In this document: piece after piece, positions 62,362-64,000 of the stretch | Position numbering within the stretch: position 1 is the stretch's first letter | How the letters are laid out: each line of letters begins with the position of its first letter | Assembly (NCBI RefSeq): GCF_020745735.1 | Contig: NW_026867487.1 | Coordinates: 4,791,239 to 4,855,238, forward strand | Direction of reading: 5' to 3' | Source of the DNA: Hemiscyllium ocellatum | Taxonomy: Eukaryota | Length of the DNA stretch: 64,000 bases | The notes under the pieces: generated by a model | What the model was told of the DNA's origin: nothing | The model's input: only the letters and a program-made list of their open reading frames with translations | Databases searched by the model: none | Made by a program: the position numbers and the translations under genes

Positions 62362-64000
62362 TAATTGATGCAGCATCTTTTATGAACACAAGGATATCCA
62401 AACCATTTTAGTCACAATTAAGTAATTTTTTCATTTGCAATGTTGGAAATACAAAATCAATGGTGAGCAAAGTGTGATTCCTCAAAAGAAAATCGAGCAG
62501 CAATCTGTTTTCAGTTCTAACATATGATGGACAAATGTTGGTGAAAGATGACAGGGATAAACTTTTTTTTTCTCGAATACCAGCAGTGAAGTATTAAACA
62601 CTCCAAATCAGAGTTCGAAAACATTGAATGGTTTAGCATCTCATTCAGAAAGACAGCGCGTCGGACAGCTTGTCATTCCTTTAGCATTTACAACAGGTAA
62701 GTGTGGACGCTGGTCTGTGAGCTTCACAATTCTGACTCGGTGAACGCACTACATCTGACACTAGGCAGAAAGAGGGAGAGAATGCTGATCAACCAGTCAT
62801 TCCCATCTATATGTTTCTTTTTCTCACTGTTTTATGCAACCAATGATCCAGGTAAAGGGAAAAGTTAACATTTTCTGCAGCTCCTTTCTGAATTGGTCTG
62901 GGCAAATGTCAAAATGAAGAAATTGTGGTAAGAACAGAGCAACTGGCGCATGCTGGTCTTCTTTTGAAAGATGCATTGTGAGTCGGTGATATGCAGGCTG
63001 GTGAAATAAACCTTTCCTGTAAATTCAACATAGAGGGAAACACAGCATGCGTGATCCACAGGCAGAGCAAGCTGAGAGAGATTGGAAAGAACAACGAATG
63101 TCTTGCAGTTGGGCATCACTGGGTGTCTGCCAATCTCAATAACCCAGAATCACTTACGGGCTCAGCTAGCCACTAGATTGCATGTTACAGTCCGGGCATT
63201 GAGTAGGAAAATGAAGGTGAATGGCAGACATGAGTGTAATAAATGGTCCAGCCAGTCATGGACCTGCTAGATAGGTAACCTATGGAAAGTCGATTTGATG
63301 TCGCAGAACCAGGGTACTCCATCTAACAAGTTCAGTGGCTGATGGATGAAATGGAAAGAAATGGTCCAAAGCACAGACTATTCATATGACCAGCAATTCA
63401 GTTTTCTCAGTGTAATATCTGATCTTCAGATTTTACAGTAGATGGTCAGAAAGCAGCCCATGACGAATGACACTTTCAGTCACACTGAACAACATGAGCA
63501 ACTAAAACTAGCACAGTTCTGAATCTACACCCAGCGGTGGTAGAAGGCAGACTATACCGAAAGTAGAGGCGGGTGACCCGGTCGTGGATGACTGTTATGA
63601 TCATGACAAGGAAATCTGACACTGCTATCGTCACGAGGTAGTAGGGAATGCACTGAAAATGTCCACACTATTTTCAGCATAGAATTGCACAATCACCATC
63701 AAGTTGTTTATGAGGGATAAAAACAGGGATTTCTCTTACAAAGCGGGCTTAAGTCACCAACCATTGCCTGACCCAAGCTATTATTGAAACTATCCAGATG
63801 TGTCTAGTTGCCAGCTCCAAAGTTAATGCTAATTAATCCACACCGCATGCTCAGTTGAACATTTCCTAATACAGGTATCATTGCAAATGTTGATTAACAC
63901 AGCATCCGCTGTATGATGCTCAGTCAATCGAATTTAGTGCTAAACACATTTAGCTCAGTTATATTTGCTCATTGCTGAGTATGGTGATATGGCTATTCGG

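Noticed and set aside
1-64000. Germline-joined VDJ, IgH-like (TAILV-type) V, CRISPR or prokaryotic systems
   Set aside because: Every V ends in its own RSS or relic; none has the IgH WVRQ..GKGLEW signature; the repeated blocks are eukaryotic segmental duplications.

Overview
AT-rich vertebrate genomic DNA, most likely from a shark (inferred from HE1-type SINEs, CR1 LINEs and Penelope-type element ends). The window is part of a germline T-cell receptor alpha/delta variable-segment array. I find 15 V segments or relics in seven families, labelled here A (4 copies, +), B (4, -), D (3, -), E (1, +), F (1, -), plus a decayed F-like relic (G) and a stop-riddled V pseudogene (H). Every readable RSS is of the 23-bp class (one 24-nt spacer, one decayed 22-nt spacer). 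No D, J or C segment was seen. Positions 1-52.4 kb are four tandem copies of an A(+)/B(-)/D(-)[/E(+)] cassette; units 1 and 4 are sisters, as are units 2 and 3. Main oddities: (i) the whole A family lacks both Cys23 and Trp41 of the Ig V fold, yet three copies keep open frames, leaders and RSS, with synonymous-biased framework change and variable CDRs; (ii) D appears to encode leader and V in one exon; (iii) V segments lie in mixed orientation; (iv) B leader exons have no ATG at the expected position. Family labels are mine. All coordinates, alignments and counts were done by eye without tools.
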